Shown here piece by piece: positions 1-11,187 of a stretch of DNA of 58,639 nucleotides. This DNA is from Octopus bimaculoides (Eukaryota). The stretch covers positions 22,095,662 through 22,154,300 of the forward strand of contig NC_068992.1 in NCBI RefSeq assembly GCF_001194135.2, written 5' to 3'. The translations under genes and the position numbers were made by a program. The notes beneath the pieces were generated by a model. That model saw only the letters and a program-made list of their open reading frames with translations, did no database searches and was not told where the DNA came from. How positions within the stretch are numbered: position 1 is the first letter of the stretch; the number at the start of each line of letters is the position of its first letter.

Positions 1-318
1 TTGGTGGACCCCTACCTCTACCCTGAATTCATTGCTGTACTCATTTCCAACCCTCACCTTACTGGCAGCATCTCTGTACATGGCTCGCACAGCTCTCACT
101 AACCATTCTTCTATCCCAAGTTTCCTCATTGACCACCAGATAAGGGATCGGGGGACCCTGTCAAAGGCTTTCTCCATGTCAACGAAAGCCAGGTACAGAG
201 GTTTATCCTTAGCTAGGTATTTCTCCTGCAACTGTCTCACTAGAAATAAGGCATCAGTAGTGCTTTTACCTGGCACGAACCCAAACTGCATCTCATCTAA
301 ATTGATTCGCTCCCTGTT
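1..318 (-). mobile_element. RTE-clade LINE reverse transcriptase fragment, running off the window start
   Basis: Minus strand translates without stops: ERINLDEMQFGFVPGKSTTDALFLVRQLQEKYLAKDKPLYLAFVDMEKAFDRVPRSLIWWSMRKLG...VGVHQ. The listed + ORF 32-325 is its antisense shadow. Confidence 0.93.
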
Positions 319-2816
319 GAAGTAATTTTATTGAGCATTAATAATGATTGTAAGAAAATAATGTATGTTATATTGTATACCTAATCCATTATTACTATCA
401 TAATGTCCAGTCCTTGATGTGATGTGGTGGCCCGTTTGCCTCAATGACTGAGAGCTATGCCACTGGAGGGCAAGCTCCTGAAAGGGCTTCTCATGCTGGA
501 CAGGGTCAAAAGATTGAGGCCAGACTAATTTGGACCACCTCTTTGCAGAGGTAAGAATGGGGTTGCATAGGGCCAAAGCTGCCATCTGGAAAGTTGAGCC
601 AAGTTACAACATCTTTGATGACAATTCAAAAGCAACAGGACCTGGAAGATAAATTCATCTTCACCAGCTCCGAGGTGGTAGCAATGGAGAAAACTCATTG
701 ATGGCTTATGTTCCATAAGGAGCAAAGGGCTTAAGGAAGTAGACAAGCTCCTTTATTGGTCCAAAGCCTAATCAAAACTAATAAATGTGTCCAATCACAT
801 GGTTTTATTCTCTATCCTTTGTAACCTTGTAATCTTATGCCTATGTAAGAAATCAGTATTTCTAACTCTTTACTCTTTTACTTGTTTGTCATTTGACTGT
901 AGCCATGCTGGAGCACTGCCTTTAGTCGAAGAAATAGACCCCAGGACTTATTCTTTGTAAGCCTAGTACTTATTCTATTGGTCTCTTTTGCCGAACCGCT
1001 AAGTTATTGGGACGTAAACACACCAGCATTGGTTGTCAAGCGATGTTGGGGGACAAACACAAACATATACACATACATACATACATATATNNNNNNNNNN
1101 NNNNNNNNNNNNNNNNNNNNNNNNNNNNNNNNNNNNNNNNNNNNNNNNNNNNNNNNNNNNNNNNNNNNNNNNNNNNNNNNNNNNNNNNNNNNNNNNNNNN
1201 NNNNNNNNNNNNNNNNNNNNNNNNNNNNNNNNNNNNNNNNNNNNNNNNNNNNNNNNNNNNNNNNNNNNNNNNNNNNNNNNNNNNNNNNNNNNNNNNNNNN
1301 NNNNNNNNNNNNNNNNNNNNNNNNNNNNNNNNNNNNNNNNNNNNNNNNNNNNNNNNNNNNNNNNNNNNNNNNNNNNNNNNNNNNNNNNNNNNNNNNNNNN
1401 NNNNNNNNNNNNNNNNNNNNNNNNNNNNNNNNNNNNNNNNNNNNNNNNNNNNNNNNNNNNNNNNNNNNNNNNNNNNNNNNNNNNNNNNNNNNNNNNNNNN
1501 NNNNNNNNNNNNNNNNNNNNNNNNNNNNNNNNNNNNNNNNNNNNNNNNNNNNNNNNNNNNNNNNNNNNNNNNNNNNNNNNNNNNNNNNNNNNNNNNNNNN
1601 NNNNNNNNNNNNNNNNNNNNNNNNNNNNNNNNNNNNNNNNNNNNNNNNNNNNNNNNNNNNNNNNNNNNNNNNNNNNNNNNNNNNNNNNNNNNNNNNNNNN
1701 NNNNNNNNNNNNNNNNNNNNNNNNNNNNNNNNNNNNNNNNNNNNNNNNNNNNNNNNNNNNNNNNNNNNNNNNNNNGTTGTGAGTGTTTATTGAGCGAAAA
1801 CACCTAAAGCTCCACTAGGCTCCGGCAGGGGATGGTGGCGAACCCTGCTGTACTCTTTTACCACAACTTTCTCTCACTCTTACTTCCTGTTTCTGTTGTG
1901 CCTGTTATTCAAAGGGTCAGCCTTGTCACACTGTGTCACGCTGAATATCCCCGAGAACTACATTAAGGGTACATGTGTCTGTGGAGTGCTCAGCCACTTG
2001 CACGTTAATTTCACGAGTAGGCTGTTCTGTTGATCGGATCAACTGGAACCCTCGACGTCGTAATCGACGGAGTGCCAACAACGAAAACAACTGTCTTACT
2101 GAGCAGTCATGTGATAAAAACCATTCATGCATAAACATCCTGTCTTTATTGCATATCTGGGACGACATTATCGAATATGGCCTGTCTCACAGGGGAATAT
2201 GATTTGAGGGAATTTTGTTACTATTTCTAGCAGGACTAATGACCATATAGAATCTCCTAACATTATTAGATAGATTGACTGAAATTAAATTTACTTGGAG
2301 TGGTTGACATTAGGAAGAGTATCCAGCTGTAGAAACCATGTCAAATCAGACTGGAGTCTGGTGCAGCCCTTGTTAAACCGTCCAGCCCATGCCAGCATGA
2401 ACATTGGATGTTAAATTATGATAAGACATTAAATTTCTAATTTTGAGCTGAAGGCCCATCACATCCATTCATACAAGTCAAAATTATATCACCAACTGCT
2501 CCTACTTATAAGGCTATATTACATTATGAAACTATTTTATTTTACTAAACTATACATATTAAGGAAAAGCAATCCTTGCTTCAACTAATCACATGGAAGT
2601 GTTACAAATGGGCTAAGTAATGGAGGAACAAGCAGAATTATTATTATAAGATTAACGGTAAAATTATTTTATTTGTGGAGGGAATTCATGGAATGTTTGT
2701 TTCTTCTTAAAATATTGGTAGTTTAAGAATTGAGAGAGAGAGAGAGAGAGAGAGAATGTCCTTAGCAAAATATTGTGTTGAATATGAGACATTCTATTTT
2801 CTGTCTTTCATTGCAG

Positions 2817-2986
2817 GTGGTCAAATATATTCAGTTGTTACTTTCTGATAACAATGACTTGGCTCATTGTTTGTTAAGCCTTCTTCCCAAGAAACCAATT
2901 GCTTGTGACCAAAGTTTCAACTCCATCTGTAATGTGAACCCTTATTCTGGTGTTTCATCTGTAGTTCTACAAGGATTTAATGACAG
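2817..2986 (+). CDS. Candidate internal exon of an unidentified plus-strand gene (VVKYIQLLLSDNNDLAHCLLSLLPKKPIACDQSFNSICNVNPYSGVSSVVLQGFND)
   Basis: Pyrimidine tract ttttctgtctttcattgcag|, one open frame, donor AG|gttaat; non-repetitive, protein-like composition; no family recognised. Confidence 0.5.
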
Positions 2987-5900
2987 GTTAATGCTTTTGA
3001 TTTCAGTTGGATTTCATGCTTTTTTTTAATTTTTTTTTATTACACTTCCACACCTGGTTCTGTGATACAAAACCTACTGTTTTAAAGTGCTGTGTTCAAA
3101 TTTAGATTAATATAATTTTATATAAAAATTTTAATTTAATTTTTAGTTATATTCCTAACAGCAAACTCAGTAATGAAAAATTATCTATTTTACTAAATCC
3201 CTGCAAATGTTTTGCTATATTTTTTGATTAATTGAAATATATATATATTCCAATAGTGACAACAGAGTTTAAATATTTTAAGATGGATAACTTTATGTGT
3301 GGTTTCAGCCACACTGAAAAGATTGTGTAGAATTTATTCTGATACTACAGGGGTAGTGATCCATAAATATTCTAGACCTTATTTTAATGGGGAACAGTGC
3401 AGATGAGTTTGAAGTTCAGAGATTGAGAGCAAAATTTTGGAGAGAAGGGAGTGTTATATATAAATCTGAAGTTCTAAGGAGAAAGTTATCAGATAAAGTC
3501 TTCTGTTTGTAATCTCTTACTGAACTCATAATAGCGTTAGTGATGAGATTCCAACACTTAACATCACAACTTTGCTAGCTACAATAGTATATGGGTTCAA
3601 ATCACTAGAAATATATTTTGAAGTGGCTGTAATAAATGGCTGCAGAAAAAGGGTGATTCTGCTATTTTTTAGAGGTGGAAAACCTTCATGAAATTTATTG
3701 TAGACTAAAACACAAATTAGTATTATACAAATACCAAGTAATAATGGAGGACTAAGGTGGCAAACTGGCAGAAACGTTGGCACATCGGGCAAAATGCTTA
3801 GCAGCATTTCATGTCTTTACATTCTGAGTTCAAAATCTGCCGAGGTCAACTGCCTATCATCCTTTTGGGGTCGATAAAGTAAGTACCATTTCAGCACAGG
3901 GGGGGNNNNNNNNNNNNNNNNNNNNGGGGGGGGGGGGTCGATCTAATTGACTTAGCTCCCCCACCAGAACTTGGTGGCCTTGTGCCAAAATTTGAAATCA
4001 ATAATAGGAGGGACTGATGCTACACAACATTTACAGTCAAGTAATATTTGAAAATGAAGCACCTGTTGAAGAACTTGGCATCAAGTTACTTACGACTGCC
4101 TAAAGCACTTTCAAATGAACAATATCTACTGGAATATTTTGTAGAAACTGTTGAAAGGTAGTGACCGTTTGTATACATGACTGGAATGAATCAATTGGTC
4201 TTTTAGTAATACATTAGAGTAAAAAATAACCAACAAAAAAAAAAACTATTGTTGGTAGTCACAAACAGCAAAGTAAATTAAGAAATCGAAGCAGATCTTA
4301 ATGAGAAGGTGAACAGCAATAGTTCTTCAAATGAAAATACTAGTTGTGAATATCACTGTTGTAAATAGTTACAATAGGACCAACAAATACTGAAATATTG
4401 GCAACTTTGTATCAACAAGGCCACTGTTATTGACAAACATTGATGGCTCTGTGAATGGCAATGTTTGTATTGTGTTCAACATGTCTCTCAATAATTTGAA
4501 CAGCATTGCAGTTAAAGATTGGTTTCTGTCAGGTATGTCTACACTCTAGAACCTTGTTTTGAATACCATGAAACTCAAACATAATCACTACTTCAACAAT
4601 GCAGATGCTGTCCTCTGTGCATCCATTCTAACCCTTTCTGTCCATGGTACATCGGTCATCATTTTATCTAACACACTCTACAGCCTCCATTTGTATACCC
4701 CATACTCAGAGTATTGCTGGTCATTCTTCTCCGAGTAGTTTTACTCCACGTATTGTATATATGCACTATTAATGAATGATAAACTCAGATGTCATAACTA
4801 ATGCAAAAACAATTAACTCAGATGTCAATGTTATTAGCATGTATAACTTTCCTTATTTACATTCCTGCTGGAAGGAATAGTGGGGTGGTCATTAAAATGA
4901 ATACCAGTTATGTACTGGAGTCAGTTAATTGACTACCTATCCACTAAATTTGTAGTGTTGTGCTAGATGTGAATGTCATTAACATGTATAACTTTCTTTG
5001 ATTATTTCAGCAGCTCTGTTCTTCTGACAAACTCCTATCCTCATAGCAAGCCAGCGATTATCATCTGTCACAACTGCTACAGTCCCATTATGTTCAACAC
5101 TCATTAATGTCCTGTGCTTTCCAAATACACTGTCATCCAACAAGGCAGAATGCTGATAACAATTTCACAGAACCTTATGCGCTCAATACACAATGTGTGC
5201 AGTCTTCCATTTGGGTCATTTGTTTTTTCTAAAAGTTTGGGAGTTTTCTTTAAAAATATCCTTCAACTAAATACAGCAAACGTCAACTGAAGATAGATAA
5301 GCTCCTTGTGAGTCGAATACACAAACCAATTTTAATTTTCCCCATAAAATCCTTGAAGTCACAACTTCCTATTTTGCTTCCCTTAACAGCATTAGGGCCT
5401 TTGTGCTTAGTGAAAAAGACCCCAGCATTTTTTCTATAGCTAAAAGTTTCTTTTCCCTGTCAATAAGATGAAACTTGAAAATATTTTGGCAGTGTTGTAG
5501 TGTTGCTATTAATAATAATAATAAAGTTAATAAATGACCACAAGGCTAAGTATTTTCTTGATCCTTTTTTCCATTTCATTCCATGAAATGGTTATAATTG
5601 CCATACTAATTGTTCATTAACATGACTGTTGTCTCTGAAGAAAGACGTCACTAACACAACACTATTTCTCCTCAGTTTTCTATGAGAAAGTGCACAAATA
5701 ACTAAATATATATATAGTTGAAATTTATAGAAAAACAAAAACCGAAGACAGGTGTATGGACAACAAGCAGGTGTTTTAGTTTGATGCTCGAGAAAGTGAA
5801 AAAGTCTTACACACATTACGAGAAAGCAGTAGAATATTGCAAAAGCATTCAGCTCTGAATGTAGAACTTGTAGCAAAAACAGCTGTAAGCAAATGAAGGT

Positions 5901-6126
5901 GATTACTTAACTCCTGTTTTCTTGTTGTTCAATAATTTATATTATGCTCTATACTCATCTATCACTTTACTCTAAAAGCCTCTGTATATTGAGTTTTAAG
6001 ATCTGGTTATTAGTATTTCTAAGCTTAAGCAAAATCTATCTATCTATCTATATATGTATGTATATATATATATATATATATAAGTCAGTAAATAGTGGGG
6101 TTGTGTTAACCGCACGTGGAGAAGTA

Positions 6127-7376
6127 ATAGGAAAATGAAAAAAAAGGCAGAATGCTAAACTGGAAGCATATTTTAATAAAGATTTCTTACCGGTTTTCAT
6201 TGCGAAAGCAAATTATCAAGAAGGAGAATGAAAATGTTTTTTACAAAGAAGTACAAAATGAAGAAAATAATATCATCATCATCATCATCGTTTNNNNNNN
6301 NNNNNNNNNNNNNNNNNNNNNNNNNNNNNNNNNNNNNNNNNNNNNNNNNNNNNNNNNNNNNNNNNNNNNNNNNNNNNNNNNNNNNNNNNNNNNNNNNNNN
6401 NNNNNNNNNNNNNNNNNNNNNNNNNNNNNNNNNNNNNNNNNNNNNNNNNNNNNNNNNNNNNNNNNNNNNNNNNNNNNNNNNNNNNNNNNNNNNNNNNNNN
6501 NNNNNNNNNNNNNNNNNNNNNNNNNNNNNNNNNNNNNNNNNNNNNNNNNNNNNNNNNNNNNNNNNNNNNNNNNNNNNNNNNNNNNNNNNNNNNNNNNNNN
6601 NNNNNNNNNNNNNNNNNNNNNNNNNNNNNNNNNNNNNNNNNNNNNNNNNNNNNNNNNNNNNNNNNNNNNNNNNNNNNNNNNNNNNNNNNNNNNNNNNNNN
6701 NNNNNNNNNNNNNNNNNNNNNNNNNNNNNNNNNNNNNNNNNNNNNNNNNNNNNNNNNNNNNNNNNNNNNNNNNNNNNNNNNNNNNNNNNNNNNNNNNNNN
6801 NNNNNNNNNNNNNNNNNNNNNNNNNNNNNNNNNNNNNNNNNNNNNNNNNNNNNNNNNNNNNNNNNNNNNNNNNNNNNNNNNNNNNNNNNNNNNNNNNNNN
6901 NNNNNNNNNNNNNNNNNNNNNNNNNNNNNNNNNNNNNNNNNNNNNNNNNNNNNNNNNNNNNNNNNNNNNNNNNNNNNNNNNNNNNNNNNNNNNNNNNNNN
7001 NNNNNNNNNNNNNNNNNNNNNNNNNNNNNNNNNNNNNNNNNNNNNNNNNNNNNNNNNNNNNNNNNNNNNNNNNNNNNNNNNNNNNNNNNNNNCTTTTAAC
7101 CCTTTTTTTAAACCTAACAAAACTCTCATGCATCCTTATTTTTCCTACCATTATAAACATGAACTACTATTGAACTTCAAAAGCTCAAAGACAATATAAT
7201 GTATGGGTATATTATTTTTTTATATATTATTTTCTTCATTTTGTACTTCTTTGTAAAAAACATTTTCATTCTCCTTCTTCTTGATAATTTGCTTTCGCAA
7301 TGAAAACCGGTTAGAAATCTTTATTAAAATATGCTTCCAGTTTAGCATTCTGCCTTTTTTTTTTTCATTTTCCTAT
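6127..7376. repeat. About 150-bp inverted repeat (6127-6273 / 7224-7376) flanking an assembly gap
   Basis: Reverse-complement match with one substitution, a 3-bp indel and a poly-A length difference. Confidence 0.8.
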
Positions 7377-7995
7377 ATATATATAATATATATATATATA
7401 TATACATACACACACTTTCAAATAATGTGCTTTGTACAGCTCAGACTTTTGTGACAAAATCCCTATTGCTTGGTGAAGGAGGAAGAAATGTGATTTTTTA
7501 TCTGTTGTTTTTCTGCTTGCATGGTAAGATGTGTCATCTCCAATTCAGTTTCTCACCATTGTTGTCCTTTGCGAAGTTCAGCCACTTGAGATCAGCTTTC
7601 ACCACTTTTCCATGTTTGCCGGCAAGTTCGCTTCCCCTTGAATCATTTGTCTACTCAAATGTCATTCTTTGTACACATCACAAGCCCTTTGCAGATCAGT
7701 CTTCTCTCTTGCATGGCCACATTCCATCCAGATAGTAGTACAATTCTCTCTTTCCTTCTAAAACGTCTTTGACTTTGCTAAGTTGGTTTTAAGATTCTTC
7801 AATTTTAGATTTTGCTTCCACATTTAGAATTTCTTCTTTAAATTTTTTGCAACAGATTCAGCTGTCAGAACCAGCTCATGGATATAGAGTCCATGGTCAT
7901 CCAAATTTAAACTGTTTTGTTGTAGTTTGTACAACTGTAAGTCTATAAATGTAAAACTTAATAATTATAAATGTGAAACTTAATTTATATAACAA

Positions 7996-8001
7996 TTTAT
8001 T
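7996..8001 (-). terminator. Candidate SCO1 polyadenylation signal AATAAA
   Basis: AATAAA on the minus strand about 75 nt after the stop codon; AT-rich context weakens it. Confidence 0.4.
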
Positions 8002-8076
8002 ATGGTTTAGTTTTTCAAAACATGTTTTTACATTTAAATTTCTCATTATCTAATTTAGAAAAGTTAAAATTTGTAT

Positions 8077-8211
8077 TTATTTATTTAATTCATACTTTTT
8101 CATATGCAATGTTATAGAATTGTAAATGTCTTCAGCAGTTCGGTTCTGACCAAAATAATCTACAAAGTCACCTTTTGGGTTTATCAGGTACATGATAATA
8201 GTATGGTCCAC
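8077..8211 (-). CDS. SCO1: SCO1-type copper chaperone, terminal coding exon (VDHTIIMYLINPKGDFVDYFGQNRTAEDIYNSITLHMKKYELNK*)
   Basis: Acceptor ttttggcag|GTG at 8212, phase 0, 135 bp to TAA at 8079-8077; contains the conserved VDHT His copper ligand of the Sco family. Confidence 0.96.
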   Translation of the reverse strand: MDHTIIMYLINPKGDFVDYFGQNRTAEDIYNSITLHMKKYELNK

Positions 8212-8342
8212 CTGCCAAAAAAAAAAAAAGACAAAACAATAATTAACATTCTTTTCTAATCTAGGCACAAGGCCCAAAATTTTGGGAGAGGGGTCAGTCG
8301 ATTAGATCGACCCCATTTCGGAACAGGTACTTAATTTATTGA

Positions 8343-8688
8343 TACAGTTCTATATTTAAGAGATGAGGAATTATGTACATTATTTACATTTAACGGATAT
8401 TTGTCCTCATCTTGTTTGTTGTTAACACAACATTTCGACTGATATACCCTCCAGCCTTCATCAGGTGTCTTGGAGAAATTTCGAACCTGGGTTCTCATTC
8501 CTAAGGTATTTTTCGATATTGGTGACCTGAATAATATTAATAATAATATCGAAAAATACTTTAGGAATGAGAACCCAGGTTCGAAATTTCTCCAAGACAC
8601 CTGATGAAGGCTGGAGGGTATATCAGTTGAAACGTTGTGTTAACAACAAACAAGATGAGGACAAATATCTGTTAAATGTAAATGATGT
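8343..8688. mobile_element. PLE terminal-repeat fragment inserted as a foldback (arms 8377-8520 and 8545-8688) into a SINE
   Basis: The arms are reverse complements with about 5 transitions counted by eye; the flanks ttaatttattga (8331-8342) and ttaatttactga (8688-8699) look like a target-site duplication; CTGATGAAGG...GAAACGTT is a PLE pLTR-type signature. Confidence 0.75.
8596..8641 (+). ncRNA. Minimal type-I hammerhead ribozyme motif (mirror copy at 8424-8469, minus strand)
   Basis: Stem I GACAC/GTGTT; core CTGATGA plus an extra A; stem II GGCTG/CAGTT; GAA; palindromic ACGT stem III; GUU triplet. Confidence 0.6.
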
Positions 8689-8850
8689 TAATTTACTGAC
8701 CCTGAAAGGATGAAAGGCAAAGTTAACCTCGGCGGAATTTGAACTTAGAATGTAAAGACAGATGAAATACCGCTAAGCATTTCGCCTAGCGTGCTAATGT
8801 TTCTGCCAGCTCACTGCCTTAAAACAATAATTAATATTAAATTAGAGATT

Positions 8851-9060
8851 AAGGCAGTGAGCTAGCAGAATTGTTGGCATGCTGGTTGAAACACTCAGCA
8901 ACATTTTGTCTGTCTTTACGCTCCGAGATCAAATTACGCCAAGGTCAGTCCGTCCTTTCAGGATCGATAAAATAAGTACCAGGTGAGAATTGGAGTCAAT
9001 GTAACAAACTTACCCCACCCCACTGAAATTGATGGACTTGTGCCATAATTTGAAATCAAT
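8851..9060 (+). mobile_element. SINE family 'C' (ggcggtgagctggcagaa...gccttgtgccaaaatttgaaac)
   Basis: Copies at about 3745-3990 +, 8253-8822 - (interrupted), 15940-16130 -, 19570-19745 -, 32750-32990 +, 33150-33530 - (two), 49140-49575 - (two), 50170-50360 +, 52710-52900 + and 53450-53660 +. Confidence 0.8.
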
Positions 9061-9584
9061 ATTAAAACAGAAATTTGAAATTTATCAAGAATATTTTAAA
9101 GTTAGTGAAGGAGAAAATTTGCAGAATGTTAAAGTAGTTTGAGTGAAGCATTGGGATGTTAAATTAGATAAAATCATGTTGAGGCTCATCATTTGATGTC
9201 TATTTTCCAAGCTAGCATGGGTTAAGACGGTTTGACTAGAACTGGTAAGTTGGAGAACTGCAACAAGCTCCAGTCATCTGTCTAGACTTGGTTTCTATGG
9301 CTGGATGACCTTCCTAATACCAACCACTTTACAAAGTATGTTGGGTGTTTTTTATGTGTCACCCGCGCAATATAAAATGAAATACAGAAGTGAAAACAGA
9401 ACAATGGTTTGTTTTGTCTTGTATTTCTTTCATCACACCATATGGGGAAATTGGAGATTGAATAAAGCCATTATCATTGCTCAAATATGCAGGAAAGGAT
9501 AGTGACATATGCAGACTGTAGGCACTACAGTAGCCAGGCTGTTTTGTCTAGTCTTTGAATTGAAATTAAAGAAAAGAATCTTAC

Positions 9585-9700
9585 AATGTAATCATTATCT
9601 TCATCTTTTGGTCCAGAACTGTAATAGACACGATAAGCTCTTGTTGCCTGGTGAATTCTTTCTTTGTCTCCAGTAAGGCCTAACAGTTTGGGTGAAAATT
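9585..9700 (-). CDS. SCO1: SCO1 exon ([39 protein letters not shown])
   Basis: Not in ORF track; translated by hand. tttcag| acceptor, |gtaaga donor, 116 bp, phase 1 in and phase 0 out; matches Sco EFSPKL.GLTG...AYRVYYS.GPKDED.DYI. Confidence 0.96.
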
Positions 9701-11094
9701 CTGAAAAGATAAGATAATAGTTAGGTATCAGAGTGGAAGAAAATTAATAAAATTACCAAAATATTTGAGAAAAAAAAAAAAAAAAATCCTGTATTTATCT
9801 TTTTCAGTCATTGGATTGCAGCCATGCTGGGGCATTTCTTTGAAAGGGTTAGTTGAAAAAATCGATCCCAGTACTTATGTGGTTCTTATTCTATAATCTC
9901 TTGTTGGACTGTTAAGTTACGAGGAGGTAAACAAACCAACACTGGTTGTCATGTGGAGGTGGGACAAAGACACACACACCTATGCACATAGAACAGCATT
10001 CCACCTGCCAAATTCCCTTACAAAACAAAAGCAGGCAAACGCTTAATTTACAAGAGTTACGACCTTTTCGAGAGTTCACTCCCCTTTAAGAATTTTAAAG
10101 CCACACTTTTATTCTATTTTGTGGCATAAAGACATGTATAAAGGTTCAATACACACATTTATGCTGGTGGTGCTTCTGAGCTGGATATATATTTGTCATA
10201 ATGAACCATTGCTGACCTTTTAGTCACCAACGGTACATTATGGACAACTGGACAAAAAGTTACACATACGTTATATACAACAAAGACACATTTCAGAGTC
10301 CAACTCATGCCAGCATGGAAAATGGACGTTAGTGGAGGAAGATGATATGTAAAGACCCCCTTTGATCATGAATGACCATGGGATAGCACTAGAGAGTTTC
10401 TATCTAAGGCACAAGTCTGGGCAAGGTTGTGTATGGAAGACTAGCATACTCACTACCACATGATTGTAAGTCTGACGCTCTAACCACAGCAATGCAGCTT
10501 CACACACATACATATATGTGAAAAATATTTAAAAAAAACTGAAAATGCATCAGGATTTTCTTTTGAGAACACATATACCGTGTAATTAAAACAAACGGAG
10601 AATAATTTTATTAGATGTGTTTATATATATATGAAAAATAAAAGCGATATGTTTTAACAGAATTAATGTTTTTGTGTCATAGTTCAACTGAAATTATATT
10701 GGTATATGTATTCCTAAGGTGAGTTTGGCATATATAATTTATATAAACATATGGGATCAGATATAAAACTTTCTCTGTAGAGGTGGAGCTCTCCTGACAA
10801 GCACAGGAACACAAATAAACAGTACTTTGGAAATTGCATCTTGTGTTTAAGCTGCTTCTTCCTACCTTTGCTCTGTATATTATAACTAGTAATCCTACTA
10901 AGTACGTTAGTAAGCACACCACTTCACTGGAAGTAGATTGGATGAGGATACTGTGTAGTGCTCAAACTTCACCAGTAACAGATATTTAACTGAATACACA
11001 GAAAATACTACACACACATACAGACAGACACAGTGACTGGAAATATCAAATAAAATATTGTCTTCTTAAGAGTTTCTTTCAAGACGTGACTTAC

Positions 11095-11187
11095 CATTCA
11101 CATATGATTTAATGGCATCAACAGTGTCTCTTTCTGGATCAACTGTAATAAACAATGGCTGCACATTCGAAAGATTAGGATTCTTGT
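11095..11187 (-). CDS. SCO1: SCO1 exon (DKNPNLSNVQPLFITVDPERDTVDAIKSYVN)
   Basis: Translated by hand. cctttag| acceptor, |gtaagt donor, 93 bp, phase 1/1; contains the PLFI.VDPERD motif. Confidence 0.96.

Noticed and set aside
328-790. ORFs 328-585 and 525-746 as genes or an LTR-element fragment
   Set aside because: No motif could be identified with confidence.
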